DNA from: Octopus sinensis
Taxonomy: Eukaryota
DNA length: 64,000 nucleotides
Direction of reading: 5' to 3'
Assembly (NCBI RefSeq): GCF_006345805.1
Contig: NC_043004.1
Span: 80,786,001-80,850,000 of the forward strand
The notes under the pieces: generated by a model
Database searches by the model: none
The model's input: the letters and a program-made list of their open reading frames with translations, nothing else
What the model was told of the DNA's origin: nothing
Shown: positions 41,621 to 54,830 of the stretch, piece by piece
Layout: every line of letters begins with the position of its first letter
Position numbering within the stretch: position 1 is the stretch's first letter
Made by a program: the position numbers and the translations under genes

Positions 41621-41665
41621 TTCCAATCCACTCTGCGAAAATGAGTTCGTACCTGTATTTCAAGG

Positions 41666-41870
41666 GCTACTAGGACAAAATCCACCCCACCCCGGGGACA
41701 AAATCTCCCGGTAGTCAATATCCCTCGGGATATTGTTCCTTCTTTACAATAAAAATATTTTAGGAAAGTGAAAATTTTAAAATATTTAAAATATTTATTA
41801 GTTGATAGTTTTGTTTAAAATTTGTCTGTAGGGGTGGATTTTGTCCTCGGGTAGATTCTGTCTTGATACC
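41666..41870. mobile_element. MITE with 8-9 bp TSD (Mutator- or hAT-like) nested in a family C SINE
   Basis: ATTTCAAGG at 41657-41665 and 41871-41879; inverted GGACAAAATCCACCCC / GGGGTGGATTTTGTCC subterminal repeats; other family C copies show a single site. Confidence 0.8.
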
Positions 41871-42698
41871 ATTTCAAGGTCCAGCCTTATAACATTCTGC
41901 ATCTTGCTGAATATTCCTGAGAACTACGTTAAGGGTATGCGTCTCTCTGGAGTGCTCAGTCATTGTACGTTAATTTTACGGGTTGGCTGTTTCAACTAGA
42001 ACCCACCCTCGTCGTCGTCGTAACCGACGGAGTGCCAATCAGTTAAGATATCACTAACGGCGCAAATGAAATAAAAACAGAAATTTAAAAAGCAAGTTGG
42101 AAACGAAACCGCACGTCAAGTTTGGTTCGATGCGAATTTACTTCTTGCCTTGTGCCTTGCGTCAGTTACTTTAGAAGCATCCTTCTTAAATGTAACTATC
42201 TTCGACCTCATCCCATCAATTTATTAACTTGTGAGATCTATGAACGAACAGAAGCACCTTAATTAAACCCTGCTATGAATTAACAGAGGCTAGCATAAAC
42301 ATATTAACACACTCCCTAAATAAATCTTGTAATTAATAGCGAGAAGTTTCAGAGGGACATGTGCGCTAATTAAATCAGTTTAATTAAATTTCTGGAAAAG
42401 AAATCTTATGCATACATACATACATACATACATATACTTGTGTGGTGTGTGTGTGTGTGTGTGTGGTGTGTGTGTGTGTGTGTGTAAGTGCGTGTGTGTA
42501 TACATGCATACAAACATACATATACTTATGGTGTGTGTGTGTGTGTATATACACACATTTACAGATACACACACACACATATATTTACACATAAATATGT
42601 ACATATAATTGTGCGTGTGAGTCTGTGCGTGTGTGTGTGTGTATACATACAAACATACGTATACCTATGTGTGTGTTTGTGTATATGAACACATATAC

Positions 42699-42747
<49 letters not shown>

Positions 42748-43479
42748 GTAAATATAAATATGAATATATATATATGTACTTACATACAAATATGTACATA
42801 TATAATTGTGTGTGTGTGTGTGCAATATTTTATTCAAGGTTATGATTAAAAAGGGCGAGATGTTTAGTGCATTTAAATATACGATCGTTTAATGAGACGT
42901 GACAGTAGATGGCAGAATCGGTAGAACGCCGGAAAGAATATCTTGTGGTATTACTTATACCTTTTAACGTCTTGATTTCAAATCGCGCTCGGAGTCGACT
43001 AAGCCGTTCGTTATTTTGGTTTCCATAAAATATGTACGGTTAAGGACTGAACTGGATTAAATCCATTACAACTTTCCTGAGTAAGTGATGTTTTGGCGCT
43101 GCCTTCTTGGCGCCGCCGCCTGTTTGACGTCGCTGATTCGACGCTAATTTAGTTGATGCCAGCCGTTTTAATGTTTCTTTTCCCACATCTCTATCGTGTA
43201 TGCGTGTATGTATGTGTAATGTCTCTCTCTTTCTCTTTCTCTCTCTCTCCCTAATCTTTTTTGCTCTCTCTGTTTGTATGTGTATATTTCTGGGCGTGTG
43301 CGCGTGTGTATGTTTGCCAACAGTGCCAAAAAGTACCGTCGCCAAAACATTTTGAATGTCCAGGCAACCATGCCAAAATCGTCCGCGCCTAAACAGCCGC
43401 GCCCAGTTGCTTCATTCTGACATTCTGATCTCCCCAATTCTCTGTACATGGTTTTATATCAATGTAAGTAACAGATAAA

Positions 43480-44100
43480 ATTAATGAATAATAATTAAAT
43501 TAGTGTTAACATTCTAAAGGAACTGAAGCTCTACTCCCTAGAGAGAAGACGCGAAAGATATGCAGTGATATACGTATGGAAGATGCTGGAAGGTCCAGCA
43601 CCCAACTACCAGCCGCCAAACTGGACGGCACTGCATAGTATCAAAGATTTCGTCCTCTCCATCTAGAACCGCAGTGAATTACCCCGAGTAAGATAAAAAC
43701 GAAATTTTTGGGGGTAATGAGGACCCATTAGACGTAAGTAAAATAATTTAAAAAAGCATTTTCCTACAATAAACCTTTTGAATTCAAAGCATCTATGATT
43801 TTTTCCTTTCCAAAACAAGGGGTTAACATTAGCGTAAATTAATATATTCTGGGGTATTTGATTTAAAAAAATGTTCTCTGACCTCTGATCTAGAACAAGG
43901 ACCTAGTACTGTAACGCCTTAGGTTCCATGGGTCAACAGTTGTTTTGCATTCTGCCAAACAACTCCAGAGATTTACGAGTAATAAAAGTGGAGATCTTCA
44001 AAGAGCGTCTGGACAAAGAGATACCAGATGAACCCACATCTTGGCAGGTGAAACAAATGCGAACAGCTCCGTCCAGCTCACTACGAGAAATCCAAACACA
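43480..44100 (+). pseudogene. 3' fragment of a CR1/L2-group LINE RT, interrupted by a 218-bp insert
   Basis: LKELKLYSLERRRERYAVIYVWKMLEG, TGRHCIV.KI, YCNALG..GQQLF.ILP, FKERLD..IPDEP. Confidence 0.75.
43670..43887. mobile_element. Unclassified 218-bp insertion with 9-bp TSD ATCTAGAAC
   Basis: TSD at 43661-43669 and 43888-43896; removing the insert restores the LINE frame (SPSR|TRT). Confidence 0.75.
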
Positions 44101-44214
44101 CTGAAAGGCAGTGCTCCAGTATGGTCTCAGCCTCTGGCATAAACTAGTAAAAGATAAAAGACAAACAACAACAAAAAAAGGATATTTAAAGCAGAGGGCA
44201 CTTGATAGCTCGCG

Positions 44215-44625
44215 CGCATAGGTGTGGCTGTGTGGTAAGAGGTTTGCTTCCCAATCACATGTTCAGGGCTCAATCCTACAGCCAGGAATCTTGGGAAAAT
44301 GTCTTCTACTATAGCCACGGGCTGACCAAAACGTCAGTGGATTTGATTGATGGAAACTGAAAAAAGCCTATCTTACGCGTGCGCGCCCGCGTGTGTGTGT
44401 GTGCGTCTTTGTCTCTGAGTTTGTACCCCACCACTGCTTGACAACTGGTATTAGTATGTTTACGTTACCGTAGCATAGCGGTTCGGTAAAAGACACCGAT
44501 AGAATAAATACCAAGCTTTAAAAACAAATGTACTGGGTTCGATTCATTTGACTAAAAGTTCTTCAAGGCGGTGTTCCAGCATGGCCGCAGTCTAATGGCT
44601 GAAAAAAGTAGAAGATAAAAGATTA
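44215..44625 (+). mobile_element. SINE family D (diverged)
   Basis: Head, (TG)n and tail. Confidence 0.8.
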
Positions 44626-45009
44626 AAGGAACCGAATTCATGGTCTTCGTGCTTCAGAACGGTTGCCAAAGTAACAACAACAATAGGGGAATTAGTTTCC
44701 GTTCTTTGAACTCAGATTCAGCTTTTCTATGGCTATTTTAATTTGTTTATATTTCATCACCCATTTTAGGAAAAAAAAAAAAAAAGTTAAATAAAAAAGA
44801 GAAAAGAAGTAAAAAAAAAAAAACAAAAAAAAAAAACAACTCAATTCCGACATGGAAGATGCGAAGTCATTGATTGATGTCAACTTTGCCTTTCATCGTT
44901 CCAGAATCGATAAAATAAATATTGATCACCTACTTTGGTCGAATTAATCCGCTATACTCATCTCTGCAAAAGGTCTCACCATGTGCCTTGTGTTTAAAAT
45001 TATCATTCC

Positions 45010-45240
45010 GGTCTTATTGGTACTCCGTCGGTTTACGACGACGAGTGTTCCAGTTGGTCCGGTCGATGGAACAGCCTGCTCGTGAAATTAATGTGCCAAG
45101 TGGCTGAGTACTCCGCACACTTGCGTACTCTTTAACGTAGTTTCTAATGAGATTTAGCGTAACACAGAGTGTGACAAGGCTGGCCCCCTTTGAATTAAAG
45201 GTACAACTCATTTTTGCCAGCTGAGTGGACTGGGCCAATG
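45010..45240 (-). mobile_element. SINE family C
   Basis: Reverse complement of 47120-47300. Confidence 0.8.
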
Positions 45241-45816
45241 TTAGAATCAGGGAAAATGTAGTGAAATTTCGATTCGGTATCAATCATTATTTATCCTTTA
45301 TGTTTTATCTTTTACTGGTTTAAATCATTAGACTACGGCCATTCTGGGGCACCGCCTTGAAGAATTTTGGACAAAGAAGTCGACTCCCCCTCCCCAGTAC
45401 TTGTTCTATCTGTCACTCTTGCCAAGCCACTAAGTTATGTGGACGCAAACACACCGACACTGGTTGTCAAGCGGTGGGAAAAGACACTGACACTAAGACT
45501 CACACATGTTGATATATAAACAGATATACGACGGGCTTCTTTCAGTTTCCGTCTATCAAATCCACTCAGAAGGCCTTGGTCGACTTGAGGCTATGGCTTA
45601 GGACATCTTTCCAATGTTCCATACTTTGGAATCGAATGACAAACCACGTAACGGCGAAACGTCCTTTTTAACCACATAGTTATCCTTGCGTCAGATGGTT
45701 GTTTGGATAAAATTCTGGACTTCGAGCTAAAGAATTGCTCCTGCTGGTAATAAATCGTCACTTCCGGTAAGATACATATATAAATCTGTTTCAGCGAATT
45801 CGCCAAGCAACTAAAT

Positions 45817-46570
45817 GTACAAGGTGTATTCCAGGAGTTTTTAGACTTTTTGAGGAGGGACATTAGCTTCAGATATATACAGAACGCTGATCTCCATAAA
45901 AGGAGGATCCTCCGACTTCTTTGCATCCGCAACACTCCAGCCACTTCATGAAAGCTCCATAGAAGATTCCCAAAGGAAAAATGTCCAGAACCTTTGTCAC
46001 AATCTCTTTCGTCGTAAAACGACGGCCCCTGAGGTTCTTTTTCAGCATGGAGAACAACCAAGCTTCACTGGGAGAAAAAAGTCTGGATTGTAGAGAGAGT
46101 GGAGTGGTAGTTTTGATGTCCATCTCTGTCAACTAATTGGTTACTAGGATACTGGTCACTGAGCACCCTGGGAACAAATTTTTTTACAAATTTTTCGTAT
46201 GTTCAGATCTTCATGAATCGTGCCACACCAACTCCAAACTGTATCCTTATCGTCTTTAGGGACACACGACAGTCTTCATTGAGAAAATTTCGAATCAGCT
46301 CAACCAGCTCTGATGTTCTGACCACACTCTCTTTTTCATACTCCTCATCGACTTTCGCCTCCCGACTCTCGCCTCCTCTCTAATCTCCTTGAACCTCTTG
46401 CGCCAGCCCAAAAACAGATGCTCGGCTCATACAAGTTAATCCATGACCAGTCTGGAGCATCTTATAAATTTTTGTAGAGTTTTTGTCCAGTTTAACACAA
46501 GTCTTTATTGCGCAGCGAGCTTCCAAACGTCCCGACTGCATTCGGGCAACCTAGTCATCCGTGACAAGCA
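45817..46570 (-). pseudogene. Mariner remnant, same family as 36210-36895
   Basis: Minus translation WLFSMLKKNLRGRRF...FMKWLE...GG; shared CTCTTGCGCCAG..CGGCTCATACAAGTTAATCC and TTTATTGCGCAGCGAGCTTCCAA blocks. Confidence 0.78.
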
Positions 46571-47006
46571 GTGTTTGGTAAGGCGTATTGAAAGTACTAT
46601 AACAGCTGTCTCTTTAGTCTGGAATAACAAGAGTGGCAGGTCAGCTTATTTGCTGTGTAGTAATGGTATACAAAAATTACAAGAATCGAAGATAGTTTCA
46701 AGTGCCTCTCCTAAAAAAGAAGTTTCAAAACGTCTGGAATGCTCCTCTAGTTTTACTTTTACAAGAAGCTGGAGACGATAGGTGATGCGCGTGTGAACGG
46801 TCCAGGCCCAGTAAGTTTCATCTGCCATGACAGCTAACCTTCAACAAGCAGTATTATTTGACCTGGCCATATTTTCCCGTCTTCTAACGGTATTTACCTG
46901 ATCTTCTAAGCTGTTTTAGTAACTAGTCAGCGTTACAGCCGTGACTTTCAATCTGGAATAGCAAAAGTCGGCAGGTCAGCTTATTAGGTCTATTAATGAT
47001 ATTTCT

Positions 47007-47305
47007 GAAGGCGCGTGGCTTAGTGGTTAGGGGCATTCGGCTCACGATTGTAAGGTCATGAGTTCAATTCCCGGTGACGCGTTGTGTTCTTGAGCAAGAC
47101 ACTCTATTTCACATTGCTCAAGTCCACTCAGCTGGCAAAAATGAGTAGTACTTGTATTTCAAAGGGCCAGCCTTGTCACACTCTGTGTCACGCCGAATCT
47201 CCCTGTACACGTGTCTGTGGAGTACTCAGCCACTTGCACATTAATTTCGCGAGCAAGCTGTTCCGTGGATCGTATCAGTTGGGACCCTCGTCGTCGTAAC
47301 TCTCG
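47007..47305 (+). mobile_element. SINE family C, near complete
   Basis: A-box-like TGGCTTAGTGG, B-box GAGTTCAATTCC, core and tail. Confidence 0.88.
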
Positions 47306-47889
47306 GAATGCTCATGGATGATATCCGAAAATTACAAGAATCGAGGACAGTTATAATTGTCTCTCCTAAAAAAGTCTGAAAACTTCTAGAATGCACCTCG
47401 TAGATTTCTCCTTTTTCTTTTTTTTTTGTTTCCACTCCTCCATTTTAAACAGTCTGTTTATGTAGACCAGTAAAAACGAACGCACCAATGGCCGAATGGA
47501 CAGTTGTTCATTGAACAAACTACAGAGGACCGAAACAACGTGATCTATAAACCCGATTGAAGCTGTAGTTAAAATTCTCTGAAACCACATCGTACTGTAT
47601 TAACCTTTTGGTTACCAAACCACCTGAAATCAGACCCTAGTTTTGTGATGATTTCTGTTTTAAAGTGACCTAGAATATGTACTAGGCTCGCAAAGAATAA
47701 GTACTGTGGTCGATTTGTTCGACTAAAGGCGATGCTCCAGCATGGCCGCAGTCAAGTAACTGAAACAAGTAAAAGAATAAAAGAGTAACAAAATGGTTAA
47801 GAAAGAAGAAGAATATGTAGAATGTTTCATTATGAGCGATATTTTTCACCTTGTTTTCTTTTTTGTTTATTTTTCCAACTGTGTGTGTG

Positions 47890-47929
<40 letters not shown>

Positions 47930-48685
47930 ATGTGTGTGTGTGTGTATGTGTGTGTGTGTGTGTGTTTTGAGTGATAATTTTATAGTTGTCAAAAAACACC
48001 AATGCAGATATTTTATCCCACCCAATCAGAAATGTCTTGTGAATTCTTTTGGTGCTTGTTTCTTGGAGTTGGTCTGGAGGAAGTTGCTGTGTCTAAGATC
48101 CCTGCAGGTGCCCTCCCCCCTCCCGCCCGAGGTCGGTGAGACCGACAGAGTGAGTCAAAGCCAAAATAATTGTCAGTTCTTAAGCACTATTCTCTAAGTA
48201 CAGACATATGATCAACGAAAGTCTGTGCCAGGGGCCGCCACATCCTCAGGCTTAAAAGGGTGACAGGAAGGAAAAAAAGGAGAAAAAAAAAACACAATTT
48301 CTGGGAAAAAGACATAGTGACACAGAGACATTCTCCCTCTCTGTCTCTCTCACTCACACACACACACACATACACACACATGCACACAGACACACACATG
48401 CACAGACGCACACAAACGTATACGCACACATACACATAAATGAGGGTGTACGGTATAATTATTGCATAATTTTATAATTTTGTGACATTCCTTATTTGTA
48501 TAGTTTCGCTTATGTATGTGCGTATGTGTGTTTGTAAACACACACACACACAACCACACCCACACCCACACCCACACCCACACCCACACCCACACACCAC
48601 GTACACGCATATATATATATATATATATACATACATATATACAAACACACCTACACTCACATATGAATATGTGTGATTGTATGTG

Positions 48686-48722
<37 letters not shown>

Positions 48723-48745
48723 CTACATACACCACACACACACAC

Positions 48746-49025
48746 ATCATCATCATCATCATCATCATCGTTTAACGTCCGCTTTCTATGCTAGCATGGG
48801 TTGGACGGTTTGACTGAGGACTGGCGAACCAGGTGGCTGCACCAGGCTCCAGTCTGATCTGGTAGTGTTTTTACAGCTGGATGCCCTTCCTAACGCCAAA
48901 CACTCCGAGAGTGTAGTGGGTGCTTTTTATGTGCCACGGGCACGAGGGCCAGTCAGCTGTCACGCTCAAATGGTGTTTTTTATGTGCCACCTGCACAGGA
49001 GCCAGTCCAGCGGTACTGGCAACGA
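48746..49025 (-). mobile_element. SINE family A
   Basis: (CAT)n followed by family consensus. Confidence 0.87.
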
Positions 49026-49039
49026 CACACACACACACG

Positions 49040-49082
<43 letters not shown>

Positions 49083-49084
49083 AC

Positions 49085-49128
<44 letters not shown>

Positions 49129-49428
49129 CTACATATACATATATATAAATATAGGAGTGGCTGTAAGTTCCTTGCTTACCAATCACATGACTCCAGGTTC
49201 AGTCCCACTGCGTGGCATCTTGGGCAAGTGTCTTCTACTATAGCCTCGGGCCGACCAAAGCCTTGTAAGTGGATTTGGTAGACGGAAACTGAAAGAAGCC
49301 CGTCGTATATATATATATATATATATATATAGTCAATCCAAACATGAACAAGCAAGAAAAAACAACAACGCGAGGACGTGGAACAAGTACTGTTATTGGA
49401 CGCTCAGGAAAGAATATAATATATATAT

Positions 49429-49480
<52 letters not shown>

Positions 49481-50079
49481 CTTACACATGTTGGCGGGTG
49501 TGTATATTTATGAGTTTTTATTTGTTGTTCTCACTCTCTCTCTCGTATCCAATCTGTCTGTACTGGGCGCAAAATAATAAAAAAGAAATAGAATGAAATA
49601 AAAATAAATAATCGCATAAACCATAATAAAATAAAAGAAAAAGAAAAGTTTCTAACTGCGCAGTCAATCAGACAGTGGCGCCGCGTATCCGAGAACTTTA
49701 TATACATCCCTCGAGTTTCATTACGCTAGGACACCACATATACAGTTTAATCATATAAATGCACTTTGGTATAGTTAATATTATACATACATACATACAT
49801 ACATACATACATACATACATACATACATACATACATACATACATACATACGTATATATCTATATGCATACGTACATATATACATGCGTATCTATACTCGT
49901 AGGTTATACATATGTGTACACAGACATATATTAATCAAAATTTTACAAAACTATACCTAATTTTATAATAGACACATAGATATATATTTATGCATATATA
50001 AACTCATACACATATATGTATATACATGTATATGTATACATCTGTGTCTCTCTTTCTATCTACTTATCTATCTATCATA

Positions 50080-50119
<40 letters not shown>

Positions 50120-50801
50120 TTACATGTGTGTGTGTGTATATGTATACTCGTATATATATAATATATATATATATGAATATATGTATACACGTATATACAT
50201 ATATGATATTACATACATATATATAACTATTTAAATATATGATATATAAATATATACATATCTATATATATAAGCATGCATTAAATATGGATATATATAT
50301 ATATTATATTCATAATTATACATACGTATACACACACGTACACACACACACAAACACACACACATATATATATATGTATATGTTATATTTATAAATATAC
50401 ATACGTATACATATATATGCTTAATTATGTATCTATGTTTACACACACATTTAAAATCTCCACAGGTGTTGGTTCATTTGAAAGAGGGGAAGAGGAAATA
50501 AATATATATTTTAAGAAAATTTTAACGAAAATAAACGGACAAATACCACCACCACCACCTTCAACACCACCACCAACAACAACAACGGTGGGTAGTTTGT
50601 GTATGGCTAGTTATTTCTAAAAGCCAACGTCAAGTTAAGTACATTACCGGGGTGTATACAATCCGTACAAAACGTCGGTGCAAATTGGTGCAGATGCAAA
50701 AATAGGTGCAACATCAAATCAACTGAATTATGTTAGGAATTTTTAAAAAGTTATTCTATGTTTTTGTTTTTGTTGTTGTCATCATCATCATCATCGTTTG
50801 T

Positions 50802-51480
50802 AAGGCGGCGAGCTGGCAGAATCGTTAGCACGCCGGGCGAAATGCTTAGCAGTATTTCGTCTGCTGTTACGTTCTGAGTTCAAATTCCGCCGAGGTCAAC
50901 TTTGCCTTTCATCCTTTCGGGGTCGATTAAATAAGTACCAGTTACGCACTGGGGTCGATATAATCGAATTAATCCGTTTGTCTGTCCTTGTTTGCCCACT
51001 CTCTGTTTAGCCCCCTGTGGGTAGTAAAGAAATAAGTATTTCATCTGCCGCTACGTTCTGGGTTCAAATTCGGCTGAGGTCGACTTTGCCTTTCAACCTT
51101 TCGGGGTCGATGAATTAAGTACCAGTTACGCACTGGGGTCGATATAATCGAATTAATCCGTTTGTCTGTCCTTGTTTGCCCACTCTCTGTTTAGCCCCCT
51201 GTGGGTAGTAAAGAAATAAGTATTTCATCTGCCGCTACGTTCTGGGTTCAAATTCGGCTGAGGTCGACTTTGCCTTTCAACCTTTCGGGGTCGATGAATT
51301 AAGTACCAGTTACGCACTGGGGTCGATATAATCGACTTAATCCGTTTGTCTGTCCTTGTTTGTCCTCTCTGTGTTTAGCCCCTTGTGGGTAATAAAGAAA
51401 TAGGTATTTCGTCTTCGGCTACGTTCTGAGTTCAAATTCCGCCGTGGTCGACTTTGCCTTTCATCGACTTTGCCTTTCAT
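50802..51480 (+). mobile_element. SINE family B with one head and ~3.4 tandem 184-bp units
   Basis: GTATTTC anchors at 50852, 51036, 51220 and 51404. Confidence 0.92.
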
Positions 51481-51892
51481 GCGAACAGAAGGATCGATGA
51501 GACTGATAAAGGAAGACCTGAATGTCTGGCAGAACAGAGGGAAACAGACAGAAGCAGGAGAGGCCAGGAATCGGATGCTCGGAGAGCTGAGCGTCTGGTA
51601 AAATAGATAAAAGCAGACGTCATGAATCGGATAATCATGTGAATACAAACGGAATATGACAAGTTTCGGTCCATTGGTTACCGAGATACTCGGATTTTCG
51701 TGCACCTTTATAAATAGCCAAACAGGCGTGTAATGGGGAAAATGCTTCGAAAGTAAGCTGCCATTGAAATGTGAATACACACGGAATAACAGAAGTTTTG
51801 CGTAAATCGAACCAAGGATTCCTGAGATACGCAGTTTTTTCGGGTACCTTGAACTACTGGTGACCCAACGGGTCACGAGTAGTCTAGTCTAG
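51481..51892 (+). mobile_element. Probable non-autonomous Helitron (3' end)
   Basis: GTGACCC-AAC-GGGTCAC hairpin (51860-51876), then CTAG|T (51884-51888, repeated 51889-51893); 5' TC end not found. Confidence 0.55.
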
Positions 51893-51902
51893 TAAATATA
51901 TG

Positions 51903-51970
<68 letters not shown>

Positions 51971-52013
51971 TATATTTATAGATAGATGGATAGATAGATA
52001 GATGGATAGATAA

Positions 52014-52081
<68 letters not shown>

Positions 52082-52083
<2 letters not shown>

Positions 52084-52240
52084 GGATAGGAGAGTTTACG
52101 AAAAAAACAAAAGACGAAGACAGGTGGTGTACAATACAAACAGATGTGTTAGTATAATGCTCAGGAATAGAAAAAGTCTTTTACGTTTCGAGCCTATGCT
52201 CTTCTACAGAAAGGGACACAGAAAAAATAAGGAGAGAAAG
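52082..52240 (-). mobile_element. ~160-bp Penelope-derived-like short repeat with minimal hammerhead (52178-52213)
   Basis: Close homologue at 62228-62410; minus motif CUUU CUGUAGA A GAGC AUAG GCUC GAAA CG UA AAAG. Confidence 0.7.
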
Positions 52241-52281
52241 ATATACATATATATATGTACATATGTATGTGTGTGTGTATG

Positions 52282-52336
<55 letters not shown>

Positions 52337-52399
52337 TGTGTGTGTGTGTGTGCGTTTGTGTGTGTGTGTATATATATATATTTATATATAAATGTTGTG

Positions 52400-52670
52400 A
52401 GTTCGATCTCTGGCAGCGCATTCTGTACTTAAGCAAGATACTTCATGTCACGTTGCTCCAGTCCACTCAACTGGGAAAAATAAATAGTATCTGTATTCAA
52501 GGGACCAGCCTTGTCCAATTTAGTGTCACACAGAATCCCCTTTTGAGAACTACGTTACGGGTAAGCGTGTCTGTGGAGTGCTCAGCCACTTGCCCGTTTA
52601 TTTCACGAGCAGGCCGTTCCATCAATGGGACCAACTAGAACCCGCATCGTCATGCCCGACGGAGGTCCTG
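52400..52670 (+). mobile_element. SINE family C
   Basis: Core and tail match 47007-47305. Confidence 0.8.
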
Positions 52671-53123
52671 TTTGCCGTTTTGCTGTTTAACAGACCCTTA
52701 TTCATCTTCGTTGTTCAAATACTTGCCATTGTTCATGATTTCTCTTAAATCAATTTCGTTTCAAACACATGTTGTGCCTCTCGCGTGGTCAAACTACTTA
52801 GCGCTATAGAAGGGAAGACAATGTCTTCTAGACTAAGTTAATTAGGCGGATTTGAGTAAAGAGTAAAGAGGTTACACATTTAATTTTTTTTTCTACACAT
52901 TATGAAGTTCTTATAGCTTCTTTTAGGTAGACTTGTATAGTGCTATTTCATCCTCACTTAGAATCGTCAGAAAAGCATAACTTGAGAGAAAGAAATTAAA
53001 CTATTCTCGAAGTTAGACAATACTTACAGAGAGAAAATAGTTTACAGTTTAAAAACCGTTCTTATTTCTTTTACCTTTCTATTCTTTATATCCTAGATCG
53101 TTAATTGTTCAGCAGTCAGTCAG

Positions 53124-53202
<79 letters not shown>

Positions 53203-53848
53203 CTGTATTTATCTATCGATTTATCTATCTACCTATCTGCTACTTGTTTCAAATGAAGAGATACAGAACTATAAAACTGGGGAAAAGTCGATGTTACCAC
53301 AACAACTAAAACATCCAGTAAAAACAAACAAACAAGCAAAAGACAAGAAAAGAACGAAAATCGTTACTTATCATGTTGAAGTGCCAAGTGGAAGGAAATA
53401 TGGTAAGACGAATAACCAATAGAATAATAAGAAATGGTAAAATTGGTGTCAGAAGAAACAGCGAAGTTCCTTATCGAAATTTTGAGAACACAGATAACCG
53501 TTAAAATTTCGACTTTCTGACCTGAGGTTAATATCAGAGAGATTCTGCCTGAAAACTGTGACCTTAAGGGTTAATAGTAAGACATCTTTGAATTCCCTCT
53601 GGGAATATTTTAATGATGCCCCGAGGGAAGAACTAGAAAAAAAAGTATCCTAGAAGTTGAAGTGTCACTCGAAATTTCCGGTTCAGTGAACATCTGTCTT
53701 TGGAGCATGTTTAATAGAATTTAATAAGATATATTTAATTACAGTCTCGAACTAAAGTGAAAATTTTGGTTGTTTGTGGCGGTTGGTGGCGTTGTTTAAC
53801 TCTTTTCCTATGTACCACACAACTGCAGCAAGTTTATTGCAATTTTAT

Positions 53849-53908
<60 letters not shown>

Positions 53909-54055
53909 TTAGTTAGATATATGCATATGTATCTCTCTCTCTATATGTGTGTGTGTATGTACATACATACATATACGTACATATATACATCTATCTATCT
54001 ATATATATACATATATGCATATGCCTGTCTGTCTGTCTGTCTGTCTGTCTGTCTT

Positions 54056-54100
<45 letters not shown>

Positions 54101-54110
54101 TTCCAAGTAA

Positions 54111-54161
<51 letters not shown>

Positions 54162-54424
54162 TATATATATATACATACATACGTATATGTATATATGTCA
54201 GTGATACTGGTTGTTATTGGAACGTAGAACTGAAGGTCACGTTGCTGGGAATTTTATGAGGGGAGAGGGAGAGCGGAAAAGAGAGATAGAGTGAAAAAGA
54301 GTGAGAGAGACAGACAGGCAGACAGATAGACAGGCAGACATACATACAGACAGACATATAAACAGTGTGTGTGAGAGAGAGGGGGAGTCAGAGAGAGAGT
54401 GAGAGAGAGAGAAAGAGAAACATA

Positions 54425-54830
54425 TACTCTCTTTACTCTTTTACTTGTTTCAGTTATTTGACTGTGGCCATACTGGAGCACCGCCTATAGTCGAGCAAAT
54501 CGACCCCAGGACTTATTCTGTGTTAGCTTAGTACTTATTCTGTCCTTTTTGCTGAACCGCTAGTTTACGGAGACGTAAACACACCAGCATCGATTGTCAA
54601 GTGATGTTGGGGGGATAAACACAGACACACAAACACACACACACATGCACACACACACACACACACACACATATATACATATATACGACGGGCTTCTTTC
54701 AGTTTCCGTCTACTAAATCCACTCACAAGGCTTTGGTTGGCCCGAGGCTATAGTAGAAGACATTTGCCCAAGGTGCCACGCAGTGGGACTGAACTCGGAA
54801 CCATGTGGTTGGTAAGCAACTGTCTCTATT
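54425..54830 (-). mobile_element. SINE family D
   Basis: Reverse of 25490-25875. Confidence 0.88.

Noticed and set aside
47007-47075. tRNA genes
   Set aside because: A/B-box sequences run straight into SINE cores and do not close a cloverleaf; they are SINE heads. No rRNA-like sequence was seen either.
53267-53402. Possible plus-strand exon (NYKTGEKS...SGRKY, donor GTAAGA)
   Set aside because: Weak acceptor next to (ATCT)n, low-complexity K-rich peptide and no partner exon.
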